A stretch of 64,000 nt of DNA, taken from the NCBI GenBank assembly GCA_050575255.1, contig JBNZDD010013722.1, forward strand, positions 8,172,880-8,236,879, read 5' to 3'. The DNA comes from Harriotta raleighana (Eukaryota). The position numbers were made by a program, and so were the translations under genes. This document shows, one piece after another, positions 27,867-41,900 of the stretch. The notes below the pieces were generated by a model. It searched no databases, was not told the origin of the DNA, and saw only the letters and a list, made by a program, of their open reading frames with translations. Numbering within the stretch: position 1 is the stretch's first letter; each line of letters starts with the position of its first letter.

Positions 27867-28192
27867 ATAATAATAATAATAATAATCCTTGCATTTGATA
27901 TAGCACTTTTCACATTTTATCGACGTCCCAAAGCGCTTCACAGAATATACTGTAAAGTGAATTGACTTTATTTTGTGGGAGAAATGCGGCAGCCAATTGC
28001 GCACAGCAGTGTCCCCACAAACAGTCATGGATTGAAATGACCAATTTTATTATTGTGGTTTTTTGGCGGGATTATTATTAGGCATGTGAAGTAAGGAAAC
28101 TTGCCCAAGGTTTCGCCCTGATCTGCCTGGATTCGAACACAGGTCTCATGCTTGTAAGACGAGTGCTCTAACCACTGAGCCACAGGAGCTCC
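27867..28192 (-). mobile_element. Deu-SINE full-length, well-preserved copy
   Basis: Complete tail, core and head; caataat occurs on both flanks (possible TSD). Confidence 0.92.
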
Positions 28193-29734
28193 AATAATGA
28201 TTGACATACCTGTAATAGATAACGAAAGAACTGAAAGCTTTCTGCTTTAAAATTCATAATGAACAATAACAAATTGATTACTTCAATCCATGACTGTTTG
28301 TGGGACATTGCTGTGTGCGATTGGCTGCTGCATTTCGCCTACACATGTACAGCCAATTCACTTTACAGTATAGTATATTCTGTGAAATGCTTTGAGAAGT
28401 CAAGAAGACAACAACAATTTGCACTTATATAGCACCCTTCGCGTAGGGTAGTTTCCCAGAGAGCCTGACTCCNGATTGGCTGCTGCATTTCGCCTACACA
28501 TGTACAGCCAATTCACTTTACAGTATAGTATATTCTGTGAAATGCTTTGAGAAGTCAAGAAGACAACAACAATTTGCACTTATATAGCACCCTTCGCGTA
28601 GGGTAGTTTCCCAGAGAGCTGTGGTGAGTGGGAAGGTGGCTGAAAAGGGAAGTTTTCAGGATAGATTTGAAAGAGGGAAGAGGAGGCAAGGTGAAGGGAT
28701 TGAGCGAGAGTGTTCCAGAGTTTTGGAGCATAGAAGCTGACCTCTGATGGTGGGGAGGAGGGTGCGAGGACAAGAGGAGGAGGTCAGAGAGGTAGGGAGG
28801 CCAGGGAGTGAATGGATTCGAACATGAGTGTGACGATCTTGAAGTTGATCCATTCAGTGATGCTTGAGGGAAGGTCTCAAACCCACAAACCAACCCACTT
28901 CACTGCACAAATCGGAGAGTTCTTTATCCAGAAATAATAGAATATTAATGGGGCAAGTGTGTAAGTGAGCGCAAGATTAAAGGAGAAAGAAAGGGAGAGA
29001 GAGGGAGAGAGAGAGAGAGAGCAAATAAAGAAGAAACTGTGTTGCCTCACAGTTTCTGGCAACCAGAAACTGTGAGGCAACAAAAGTCAAGTGTTGTGAT
29101 TGTTTTAGAAGGAAAATAGCTGCAGTGCATGAAATATAAAATGTTTCGACAAATTTTTATTTCCATCCATGACTAAGATACATAATTTTTAAGTAGGTGA
29201 ACACACAACAAGGAGTTATTGTGCTCTGTTCTCTAAATGCGCCAAGTCTTAAATGCGGCAAATTGATGGACTTATACAATGGGAAATCCTAACGTAACCA
29301 TTCGTGGAAAGATTCATTTGACTTAATGTTTTGTGCGTAATATGTCCCTAAGGATGGGTGTCGGGAAGAATTTTTTAAATTTATACCTAATATTTATATT
29401 AATGCTTATTATTATTATGCACACAGTATATTCCTGTGAATCTTAGTCCTGAAAGGTGTTACGAAATGTAAGGATTATTATTTAGATCTCAAATCAATTG
29501 CAACCACCTCTGAAATTGCAACATTGGTTACCACTGTCAAACAGAATTAAAACTTCACTTGGAGTACGACAACCTCTAAGTTTATAACAAACTAAACCTA
29601 AATCATGTCACTTTTTGTCTTGCCTCAAGAGTCTGGTCTAGATACACTTAAGCATGCAGATGCTTAAACTTCGAGATGGATATTCTTAAGTGTGGAGATA
29701 GGTATGGAACTTACATACCTAAAATAATAAAATA

Positions 29735-30437
29735 ATAATAATCATCCTTGCATTTGATATAGCACTTTTAACATCTTCTACACATCTCAATGCGCTTCAC
29801 AGAATATACTGTAAAATGAATTGACTATATATTTCTGGGCGAAAAGTGGCCCCACAAACAATGGTGGATTGAAGTGATCAATTTATTATTATTTTTTGAG
29901 GGGTTATTATCCTGAAATTGAACCCAGGTCTCTCACTGAGCTACAGGACTCCCAGGAATGTATGATAACTACCATGGAAATGGAATCAGCACTCTCTCCA
30001 TAGAGGTACAGATCTTGCTTCCCTAATTTATGGTCAACAAACCCATAGAATTGGTTTATTCACTTTATGATTGTTTATGGTACATTGATGTGTGTAAATT
30101 GGCTGCAACATCACTACTTTGGAGTCCTGTAGCTCAGTGGTTAGGGCATTTGTCTTACAAGCGTGAGACCTGTGTTCGAATCCTGGCAAGTCAGGGCTAA
30201 ACCTTGGGCAAGTTTCCTTACTCTACATGCCTAATAATCCCTAAAAAAAATAATAATAATAAAATTGGTCATTTCAATCCATGACTATGTGGGATACTGC
30301 TGTGCGCAATTGGCTGCCGCATTTCATCCACAAATATACAGTCAATTAACTTTACAGTACATTCCGTGAAGTGCTTTGAGATGTCTAGAAGTCGTGAGAA
30401 GCACTATATCAAATGCAAGGATTATTATTATATTATT
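29735..30437. mobile_element. Two divergently oriented Deu-SINE copies (29735-29952 minus, internally deleted; 30121-30437 plus, full)
   Basis: Family consensus in both orientations. Confidence 0.88.
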
Positions 30438-31356
30438 TCACTGCTCAATCATTAGACTACAATAAATCTTGAAATGCCTTGAGACATTTGACACCTTTAT
30501 GCAAAGATGATTACAAGTTTTTGAGAGATAAAGCTCACAACTACTGTAGTATGCAATGTGAAAGAATAGGTTAAAAAACCTGCAATATTGTTTTATGGGA
30601 CATAAACAAGTAACAAATGAAGATAGAATTATTTTCCCGCCGAAATCCAGATTAAATCAACATTAAGAACTTACATATTAATAAATAGATTACATTCCAA
30701 AGGATCATACAAAATCTGGCACTGGTGTAGGTTTAATTTGTTCATGCAATTTGTCTGTGAATCAGCTCCCTCTGGTGGAAGTATTTAATAATGTTTTAAG
30801 GTCAACACTTTATTCCCTTCACAAATGTTTCACTTTTAAAAACATTTTAACTAAGTGTTGTGTTATTTAATTTTGTAGTTTTCATGGTTTTTGATGTTGA
30901 TTAATCTAATTGCATTATTTAGGGCACCTTGCATAGAATTACATCATATTTCTTTGGTAAAGCCCCTACAATACTCAATAATTTACTTAATTCCCAAACA
31001 GATTAATTCTGTACATTCCCTGCACTGACAATTCAAGCAACATCACCAAACATCTATGTAAAAATTAGCATTATATATACAGAGAGAGAGAGAGAGAATA
31101 TTGATCTTTTCCATTTCATTTAAGTGTATTTTTGTTTTCTAAAACTCAATGTATGTCAACTTCCTGCTTTTTAAATTCCCTGAAAATACTGCAACATAAG
31201 GTGTTTATATAGTGGATGGCAAATATTAGAAACTGTCATCAAGGCACTGGCTAAGTCTGTCAAAGTAAATCACCCTTAAATCTAAACCAGTGGCCCTTTG
31301 GGATGCTTTGTTGGGTAGTGACATCATATAAGGCAGGCCAGTATTTTCTTTCAAGA

Positions 31357-31675
31357 GGTGCTCCTGCAGCTCAGTGGTTAGAGCACACACGCCTTACAAG
31401 TGTGAGACTTGTTTTCAAATCCAGGCAGATCAGGGCGAAACCTTGGGCAAGTTTCCTTATTCCACACACCCAATAATAATCTCTCCAAAAAAACACAATA
31501 AAATTGGTCATTTCAATCCACGACTGTTTGTAGAATACCACTATGCACAATTGGCTGCTGTGTTTCGCCCACAAATATACAGTCAATCACTTTACAATAT
31601 ATTCTGTGAAGGGCTTTGAGGCATCGATAAGATGTGAAAACTATATCAAATGCAAGGATTATTATTATTATTATA
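31357..31675 (+). mobile_element. Deu-SINE full-length copy
   Basis: Head ggtgctcctgcagctcagtggttagagcac; tail tcaaatgcaaggattattatt. Confidence 0.9.
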
Positions 31676-33255
31676 AGAGTACTGTATTTCAGTGCATTAT
31701 CCAGCCCTGTATCGGGATTTTCACAAATCACTATTACAGTACTGCAAGATGAATCGAGATTACCTGACATGCGTATCAATGCCAGACATGTCATCACCTC
31801 CACAGAAATATTTATGTAAATCGCCTGTGTGGCAAACTGGGTGGAAAGCTGAACCTAAATACATTACATTGAGATTCATTCATCATGGAACAGGAAAATG
31901 CCTCACACATGACAATCAGCCTTTAATACAAATCTGCATTCGTCCATCTCAATGCCATTCATCAAAAGAAAAGCAAGAGACATTATGATCCGTTGCGATT
32001 GCCAAAGATGTATTTGAAAGAGATCATAATCTCTAATGGGTGGAAAGCATTAAAATGGAGCATCTCCCTCTTTGACCATGTTTGTGGGACACTGCTGTGC
32101 GCAATTTGCTGCCGCGTTTCGCCCACAAATATACAGTCATTTTTTCCTACTACTTTCCCTGAGCCCTCCCCCCATACTTGGCTGTACAGCGCTTTGGGAC
32201 GTCCTCCCGACGTGAAAGGCGCTTTATAAATAAAATTTTGATTGATTGATTGATCACGTCCCACAGAAATCAAAACAGGATAACCCCACCATCCATCCAC
32301 CATGTTATCTTATCAAAAGGAGCAATAAATGGGCGAAATTCTGATTCCATACCTACAAGTGAAGGAAAATTGATCGAATCACCACAGATGAAAAGGCACA
32401 GAACCAGGCTCAACATTGGAAGAAACTCCCTTCACTTTTCAAACAGACATATTAAGTATGACATATGAAGGAAACTATTAATCCTTTCCTCACTTCAAAA
32501 AAATGTTTCAGTAACTATTCTTTTGTTCAACAACATTAAAATTCATCAATAACCATACTAATGATATAAATGACAGGAATAAGGCACTGACTAATAACAG
32601 AATAGTTATGCAAAGTACTTATGATTGATATTGTGATGATCCATAAGAAAAGATTGTATCATAAGTCAAAACATATGTATTATATTGTAACATAAATGCA
32701 CTATGATTCCAAGGATTTCTGATAGATGATCTGAATAATTGAAGAGTAACAAATAGAATTGTGCATTCTAGGTTTGGTTCATTGCTTTATTCTGTTCACT
32801 TCTCTCTATATAGGTGGTATAAATCCAGCAATGACCTCAACTGTCAAACCAATCAAAACCTTTTCCATTATATTGGTGAACAATTAATTCCACACAGAAC
32901 AAGTCAACTATCCATGGAGGAATTGAACTACTTAACAGCGGTGAAGGTTGATGCTGGATTGGGGAGAGTAGGGATGTGTCCATAGGCTTGGTCAAAGAGG
33001 GAGTCTTCAGGTGCTATCTGAAGACTGGCAAAGAGGGAGCCAAGTGAAGAGATTAAAGGGCTAGCTGAGCAAAGGGACAAGGTAGAGTATTGAGGACTAA
33101 GCAGGCTAAGAGATAGGGAGGTGTTACAGTGTGAATTGTTTTGTGAGTGTGAAGATCTTGAAATTAGTCCGTTCTGCAATTGGGAACCGGTGGAGGTTGG
33201 CAAAGGACTTGGTGATAGGGTGGCTGAGGTTGATACTCTGTTTTATATTCTGATA

Positions 33256-33957
33256 CAGTAAAACCCCATTCATCCAGCACCCACTGGACCTGGCCAGTGG
33301 CTGTTAAACAGTTTTCCGGTTAAACTTTTTTTTAAATTAAAAAAATATTAATTTTAACACATACCATATTAATACTAGACTAAATAACAACAGATAATAA
33401 CAATATTGTATGGGTATTTATTGTAAATGTTGTACACAGTATCATACAAATAGTAGAGTGCCTTGGGACGTCCTCCTGACGTGAAACGCGCTCTATAAGT
33501 GTAATTTCGTTGTTGTTGTTGTAGAGTAAATAATGACAGATACTGTAATAACAGAATATTGTATGGCTATTTTATTGTAAATGTTAAACAATACTATATA
33601 AATAATAGACAGAATACATTAATAACAGATACTATAATAACAGAATATTGTATTAGTACTTTATTATTTATACTTAACTTCGCAGCATTGAGAGGAAAAC
33701 AAAATGGCAAAATGGCGACTTTTAAAAAAACCCAGCAGTTATCGCGACATTTAAACAGAGCAGGAGTGAGTTTAGACTCGATTAGCGGCCAGCCAAAATA
33801 CTTGCACTAATACGCGCATGCGACAATCAATTCATTAAATGCGTCATCACTATTTTGCTGGATAACTTCCGGTTTATCGAATCGGGACTTTTTTTTTGAG
33901 ATTCCGGTCCAACATGTTTTCCAGTTCATCGAGTCACAGATAAATGGGGTTTTACTG
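33256..33957. mobile_element. Non-autonomous Tc1/mariner (pogo/Tigger-type) MITE, copy A
   Basis: TA|CAGTAAAACCCCATT ... AATGGGGTTTTACTG|TA; internal similarity to copies C, D and E. Confidence 0.9.
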
Positions 33958-33969
33958 TACTAAGAAATA

Positions 33970-34325
33970 CAGTAAAACCCTGTTTATCCAGCACACTCAG
34001 GGGGGTTGACCAATTGACTGTGCTGGATAAACGGGGGACAAGTTGCCGAAAACCCAACATAAAAAATTAATTTATTTTAAAATGTATCATGTTAATAATA
34101 GACTAAATAGGAACAGAATATTGTATGGATACCAATAAAGCATTCCAGCACACTCGGTAAAAAGATCGGTAAAAATCCAAGTTGGTAAGTTTATTAAGTG
34201 CGCATGCGCACGCGTTGCACGAATGCGCACAGTGAGCAAACTCGCGATTGCAGGAATGGGGAATTGCCCTGGGAGGGGGTCGAGCAATCCGGTTGATCGA
34301 TTCATGGATAAACAAGGTTTTATTG
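33970..34325. mobile_element. Related MITE, copy B, 12 bp from copy A
   Basis: TA|CAGTAAAACCCTGTTTATCCA ... TGGATAAACAAGGTTTTATTG|TA; different interior from copy A. Confidence 0.85.
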
Positions 34326-35480
34326 TATAGAGAAACATTTGGAAATATAGTAATTACTGTATCTTGAATCTTGCCCAGTGCTTCTCCTGGATACTCTTTC
34401 CCTCACCACTTTTTGCGTGGCTTATCTCAATTAAAACTGAGTGAGAACAACTTTGTCTGCCTATTTTACACACACGGACAAGGATCCACAACTGAAGCAG
34501 TAATACCACACACTAGACATTCTCTACATGCAAACATCATTTTGAAGCAGACATCTAATTTGTCAATCTGTACACATTACTTTACAGTCTTACACAAGGA
34601 TCCGTCTCGACTGTGAGAGACCCAGCAGGTATTTAAATGTGATGTTTTATAGACCATATGATCATGACTGGAGATTTACAGTTAAGCTTTGTATCCTCTG
34701 AAAAACACATTACTGAAGAGCTTGACATAAATTTCATGGCATCTAACTGCAGTGTTATCATGCATATATTAATGTTGGTTTTGATTGCTCTGTCGTATTA
34801 AATTAGAGAGACCTGCTCCATAGTCCAGTCTGATGCTGTACACTGATTCACCTCAAAGAGAAAGCCCATTCCCTGTTCAATTTTATCACTACATCCAAGA
34901 CATTTGATATACAGTAGTAAGTTTTCATTCAGCAGCCCATCCATCCATCAGTCCACTGACACATAATAGACTGATAAAACTTATATAGGAAATACACATA
35001 TCTTACCCATAATATTTTTATTTTTGAAAAACAGTTTTATAAACTGTCCATTTCTTTTGTAATGATCTACTTTGAAGATTTAGAATGACTGAAAAATTTA
35101 AATGGCTCGTATACATTTTATTCCTAGATTTACTTGACATTCTACTTTATGCTTCATCATCACTTGCATATTCTATGAAAGAGGCTGCAAACCACTATAG
35201 TGGGCCTCACAACAAACTATTGTTTTAGGCACAATGAGCAGTACATTAACCCAGTCTGGAGCACATTTATGGTGAAAGGTTTATTAAAGATAAGAGATGG
35301 AGCAGGTTTAAAGAGTTTAAAACACTCGCCTGCTCGTGGATATCAAATAATTACTTTAGCATAAAAGACAGCTGTATTTATTTCTTCCCAGATCGGGGGA
35401 GTTAGCAGTAAAACCAAAGTTACGCTGTCATTATTGAAACATACAAGGTCAATTCCTAGGGAAATACACCGTAGATTTTG

Positions 35481-36190
35481 TAATAATAATCCTTGCATTT
35501 TCATATAGTGCTTTTCACATCTTCTAGATGTCTCAAATTGCTTCCTAGAGTATACTGTAAAGTGAATTGACTATATTTTGTGGGTGAAACACGTGAGCCA
35601 ATTGCGTACAGCAGTGTCCCACAAACAGTTGTGGTTTGAAAGTGACCAATTTATTATTGTTTATTTTTGAAGTACATAGAACTAGAACATTAAAGCACAG
35701 GAGGCCATTCATACCATCAGTCTTTATTCATCTTATGGCTTTTTGAAAGAATAATCTATTCAGTCCTGCACTTGCCTAACCACCCCCCTCCCACCCCACC
35801 CTCTCACACCCGCATTTCCTCCAAGTTATTCCGTTTTAGATATGTATCCAGTTCCATCTTGAAAGCGATTGTAACTATAATAATCCTTGCATTTAATATA
35901 GCATTTTCCATGACCTCCAGACATCTCAAAGTGCTTCACATAATATATATATTTAAATGTGATGTAAAGTGAATTGACTATATATTTGTGTGCAAAATAT
36001 GGTAGTCAATTGCGCACAGCTGTGTCCCATAAACAGATGTAGATTGAAGTGACCAATTTATTATTGATTTTTTTCTTGAGGGATTATTATGCCTAAGTAA
36101 GGAAGTGGAGTAAGGAAACATGCCCAAGGTTTCAAACCCAGGTCCCTTTGTTTGCAAGGCAAGCGCTCTAACTACTGAGCTACAGGACTT
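35481..36190 (-). mobile_element. Cluster: Deu-SINE 3' part (35481-35670), CR1 3' end (~35672-35870), Deu-SINE (35878-36190)
   Basis: Family consensus pieces; CR1 terminal motif catagaa...gcacaggaggccattc. Confidence 0.8.
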
Positions 36191-37529
36191 CATTTGTAGA
36201 TACTGCCTCTACCACTGCACCTTGCAGGGAATGCAAATCCTAACAATTCTCTTTGCAAAAAACTACTCTCCCTCTATCTGCTCCCTTGCTAAGCATCTAA
36301 AATTGTCTTTTGCCTTTTGGTCACTGACTCACCAACCACTGATCACCAAAGATAAAAAATGCTGGATTTGAATTGTCAATCAGTGACTTTGGCAAGACAT
36401 TGAGAGAAATAACACGGGTTGTTGATTTCTCAATTTAAGAATTCGCAATTCAAATAGTTATAAACAGCTAAATATACATATGTCCCATATATTGTAAATG
36501 CAAAGATTATTATTATATATTCTTCCCATACTTTTTCAACTCAACGATCAGTACAATTTATTAAAGATTGGTTGCAAGAGTTTTGTTACAAACTGAGGCA
36601 GGCGTGGAACCTAAGAGTTTTTGAATTAATTCATTAATATGTTACAGACCAGTTGCAAAGTCCTGCGTAGCTGACAAGTTTGTTGTTAATACCATTAGTC
36701 AAGCACTTCATAGCAATACTCGACATGCTCGTAGTATATTAGATTGTAGACTTGTATTAGTAATTCTTTCCACAGAAAGTCCTGATCTCTACCATTCTCT
36801 CTGAGATGTTAAGATACTGCAGGGAAAATGGGTCTCATACCTAGACTGATTTTACATACCTTTTACAACGCAAGAATAACAAATTTACATTTAATATTGC
36901 GCCTTTCATGTCAGGAGAATGTCCCAAGGTGCTGAGCAGTCCAGGTTTGCATCCGAGCTGGGTTGGGAGCCTTGGGGGTGCTGGGGATGGTTAGAGGGAA
37001 AAGATGACAAAAGGTGCTGACAAAGAGGGAGATCTTGAGGCAGACCTAGAGAGAAGTGAGGGAATGAGAGAGTGATAGGGACTCTGATGTCTCTGGTTGG
37101 AGTTCCTAACAGCAAGGATAGATCAGCTGAAAACTTAACCGCTGATGTTGAGGTGGGTACGTCAAGCATACTGTTGCCCGCTGAGTGAGTGGATTGGTTT
37201 GTAGGATTTTACAAACCAGCTACAGGGTGGTATTGCCAAATAGGGAGAGGGTATTGCTGTGTAAATACAGGGCTGTGCATTTTGTGTTTACAAACAAATC
37301 TGCATTTTCTAAAATATACAAAATTATTACTCCCCTCTAACTTTTGCAAATGCTACCTTTCTATATCTAATAGAGTAATTGCATTTGGTACAGCACCTTT
37401 CACATTCAATCAATCAATCAAAATTACATTTAGATAGCACCTTTCATGTTGGGAGAATAGGAAAAACCGATTGTATATTTGTGGGCGAAACGGGGCAGCC
37501 AAATTGCTGCAGTGTCCCACAAACAGTTG

Positions 37530-37750
37530 CGGAAGTGGGGCCGGGGGAGAAAAGGGGAAAGAGGGTAAGGGGGGAGATGGAGGGAAATGCGGGATGGGGT
37601 AAAATCAGGGAGGAAAAGGGGGGAGAAAGGGGGGCAAGAGGGAAGAGGGAGGGAAAGGTGGGTGGAGGGCAAAATCAGGAAGAAATGGGGAGAAAGGGGT
37701 TAAGAGGGAAGAGGGGGGTAAGAGGGAAGAGGGAGAGAAGGGAGGGAGGA
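37530..37750 (+). repeat. Polypurine (G/A-rich) low-complexity tract within an L2/Deu-SINE hybrid
   Basis: Multiple G3-G6 runs and repeated aagagggaagagggg. Confidence 0.8.
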
Positions 37751-37924
37751 TATCTCAAAGTATATCATCGTATTAACCATAAATCTGTGTATGTGTAGGC
37801 AAACAAAACAGCCAAAGTGTGCACAACAATGTCCCATAAACATCCATGGGTTGAATGACCAATTTTATTTGAGGGATTAACAGGTTAAATGCAATAATTG
37901 CCACATTAAAACGGGTATGAACCA

Positions 37925-38904
37925 CTACATTTATTCTTCCAATATTTTACACAAAGATAAGATTTTCCTTATTATTTTTATTTACATACTTCAATGATGT
38001 ATTAAAGTCTCTTCACAATAAAGCTAAGAAAAGCAAACCAATAAAATGTATGCAATATTCTCCCTGGTCCCAATAATGTCAGAGACTTCATTTAAAAAGC
38101 ACAATTTTATTTTAAAAATTATTCACAGCATGCTTCTAAACACAATCACAAAGCTTGGTATTTGTAGTTTCTGAAAATAATCTTAATTCGTTCAGAATGA
38201 GCAGTAAAGATTAGGTGTGAAACCAAACCCCAAATCACCTTGTTTCTAAATGTCATCTGATGGTTATAGACTAGCTGATAAATCTAGAAATACACACTTG
38301 ATAGATTTATCAACAGTTAAAGCTGAGCATGTAGATTATTTCATATACTGTGAAAAATGATGTGCTTTGCAGCATCCTTAAATCAGCATACATTGCACCA
38401 TCAAAAAAAACTTCCATTTTATACTGTGCCTTTCACCTGAGAGGGTGTCTCAAAGTACTTCCAGGATTTACTGTAAAGCATAGTATTTATTGTAAAGTAT
38501 AGCGACTATTTTATAGGCAAAAACAACAATTTGCACATAGCAATGCCCTACAAACCATCAAATGTCTTTTACCATCACCCCCATCTTATGAAGTTTTAAA
38601 TGTTGAAATCATTCTAATAAAGTACTGTATTTTATTATGTCACTACCTCTTACCCTTCATGTATCAGTGCTCAATATATAAAATTAGCATTTGGGAACAA
38701 TCTTTTGTTAAGACATTATTCAGATGTATATGCAATCATATGACCCATATGGAAGATGCCTCAGCAAAACATGCAAATGACAAACTCTAAACACGATAAA
38801 TGATTGTGTGTGTAATTATATCTAGCATTGCAGATACATACCTTTTATCCGTGCATGTAGCAGTGGTTTAATGTACCTGCGTATATTGAGTATTTGATAT
38901 ACTG

Positions 38905-38937
<33 letters not shown>

Positions 38938-41900
38938 GTACAGCACACTAAAATATGCAACTTGGACAAGTGACAACATTGTGACCCACAAACATCCACA
39001 TTACAAAGCCCATGCTGTTTATAACTGATTAATAACTGATTTATCAATGTGCTGAAAAGCCACTTAATCTTCCAGTTTTCCTATCAACCAAAAATGCCTT
39101 TCTCTGAAGAGGTATCACAATGCTATCAAGTTTTGTTTTTAAAACTCACCAATGTCTGTTTCCATTATTTACACCAAAGTATCATTTTGTTGCTTTGTAA
39201 TACAATGAGTTTCATTCAGTGTTTTCCTTCCAGAAGACAAGAGTGGCATAAAATCAAAGAATCTTACAGCACAAAAGGAGGCCATTCGGCCCAGGGAGTC
39301 TGTGCCGGCATCAATGTCACTTAGACAGAATAGCTGCAGCACTAATCCTCCTCTTTAGGAATTATTTGGCTGAGTGAACAGAAACTCCCCTTCAGAATAT
39401 AGTGCCTTACGCTGACAGAATTCCATGAGCACAGCTATACCTTTAGCACCTTGTCCCCTTTGCTGTTTTTCATGCCCAAACAACACAGTGAGGCTTGCCA
39501 GATTTTTCAATCCAACTGACATCCGTAACAAACCAAATTGCACATTCCACTAGTTACTGAATAGTGATAAGGAGTTACAAACTAATCTGGATTTATAATC
39601 TCCCTAGCTCAGGCAAAGACCACAACACTAAGATGTCGCTCTATGAAATCTGCCTGAATACAATTATCGAATACTGCTGCAGATGTAATGCACATTTCGC
39701 ATTGGTGCTACATCAGTGTCTTGTAATGAAGCCCCAAGATGAACTGTCCAATTATCTCAGATTGAGGGGGAGTGAGGAAGGGAGGAAGAAAAGATTGAGA
39801 ATCGGGGAATCTTGTGTAACCGTTTTCTTCATCACATTGATGGAATGAGAACGTATTGCATAGTGCACTGTTGGGACAAGTTCCTTGCAAACTCGCATTA
39901 GTTGCAACATGAGAGCACAATTACTCGTCTTCAAGATTTTTCATTATAATTCTGCCAATTTTGCAGTCATCTGAAAAAGGTACCAAGATTCAGATCTCAC
40001 AGAAGAATAGTTTTGTACCTCAAGTTGCATTGGTGTAAGATATGTGAACATTCATGTGTACTGAAGCAGAGCATAGACAAAATATCGTCAACTCACTGTA
40101 CAGTATATTCTGTGAAATGCTTTGAGACGTCTCAAAGATGTGAAGTGCTATATCAAATGCAAGAATGATGATGATTATTATTAAGACTCAGAGAGCAGCC
40201 CCATCTCTCCACTACCTCAGGGACTCCATGGCAACCTCGTCCCACCACCCCCATTAACTCAATTAGTTATTACATCTGCATTCTCAATAGAACTGCAACA
40301 AAATACAAAAACTTCAAAATTAGCAAAGAAAGTATTTAAAAACTGCAGATTGTGGCACAAATGCAAAGCACTTAAAAAGGCAGTGGCAAGAATGTGAAGC
40401 CCACTGCCAGAAGCTGTGGTTGAAGCAAAACGCATCATTGTAATTAAGAGAAAACCAAATGCAAACACAAGGGAGAAAATAGGCAGGGTGGGGGGCATGT
40501 ATTGAAGATAAAGATTGGTGCAGATTAGTTGGTCCAAATGACCCATTTCTGTGCCACATCGCTCTATGCTATCAGTGTTAACCCGATTTCTCAGGTGACA
40601 TTGGGTATTTGTGCTGAGCCTGAGAAGGTACAGAGTAAAAAGTTCACAGACTGTTTCAGAGAGTGTTACACCTTCCAGCAGACTGTTATTGTACATAATA
40701 GACAAAAATTAAGTTATGAAATGACAATTTCCTAGTCCGAATGCCGTTGTTTGTTTAGAAATACAAAGCAATTCAACAGAGCTTAAATGAATTACATTAA
40801 GTATAATGTCGTAATGTAATGTTGCTGGCTTCAGGCCTCACTATAAACTGACACTGGGATGGTGAAATAGGATGTGGATTTGCAGCACTGTTATCAATGG
40901 AACAAAATCAATGCATCAAAATAAAGGTTGTAGTTGGAGTTACGGGAAAGAAAACATTGAGTAAAATGCATGTGTTTTTACAATTCTACATCAATGCACA
41001 TGTTAGTTATCTCTGGAATTTGGTCTATATGAATGAAGGAATTCTTTTGGATGTAAAAGTTCTATTGAACCTAAATTACAATCAATAATTGACAATACAA
41101 TTTACAGAATTTGATAACTTCCCTTGAGAGTGTGTGCTATCTTACCAATCGATTGAGAGATGTAGATATTGATTAACTGGTAATTGCGTGTCTAATATAT
41201 TACATCATCTTAATTAATATCAGTTACAGTCAGTTTGAATAGGATAATTCCAACATTATTTTTGTAGTATATTGAAAAAAAGCCAGGTTTAAATTCCAAT
41301 GTAGTCCACGTACAATCATTTTAATGGAAAATGTAGTTACAGTGATAGACATTTAAGGAATATACAGGCTATTAATACAAACTAATTGTTAATTACATGA
41401 ATTGTTAGTAATAATGTGACTGTTTTTAAATTTGATATATATATTGTACATACCTATCACCCATGAAACACATTCAAATGTCAAATCAGTTTCAATACAT
41501 GTTCTGACAGGTAAATAAAATGAGGTGGTGGATTGCATTTGTACGGTCAAGAAATTTAACTCAAAAGTGCAGTTAATGGGGTTTTAACAGATTCCTAAAT
41601 GCTAAGAAACTCAGTTAAAAAGAAACATTTCAGCTCGCTTACTGTACACTAAGTAGGGCTCTACCTGCATATACAGAAATGGCTGAACAATAATAAATTA
41701 CAAAGACATGTCAGTCAGGCAGAGTGGGATAATGAATCTCAACTTTATAGAAAAAAAAATAGAAAGGCATAAACATACAGGCTTCAGAATTACCAGAACA
41801 AAAGTAAGGCAAAAGTAAGCAAACAGAAAATATTCAAACATGAAAATCAATAAAAAGGCATAATTCATGCAAATATTCCTTACTGTAACATATCTGAGGG

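Noticed and set aside
28319-28618. Exact ~145-bp tandem duplication
   Set aside because: Copies are separated by a single N (28473), typical of an unmerged contig overlap.
30121-30190. tRNA-Val(TAC)-like genes
   Set aside because: These are SINE heads: no 3' acceptor-stem pairing, and always continuous with the Deu core and L2 tail.
31692-31988. HHGTGKCLT motif resembling a ricin-B lectin repeat
   Set aside because: No downstream QxW motif and no convincing splice sites; likely chance.
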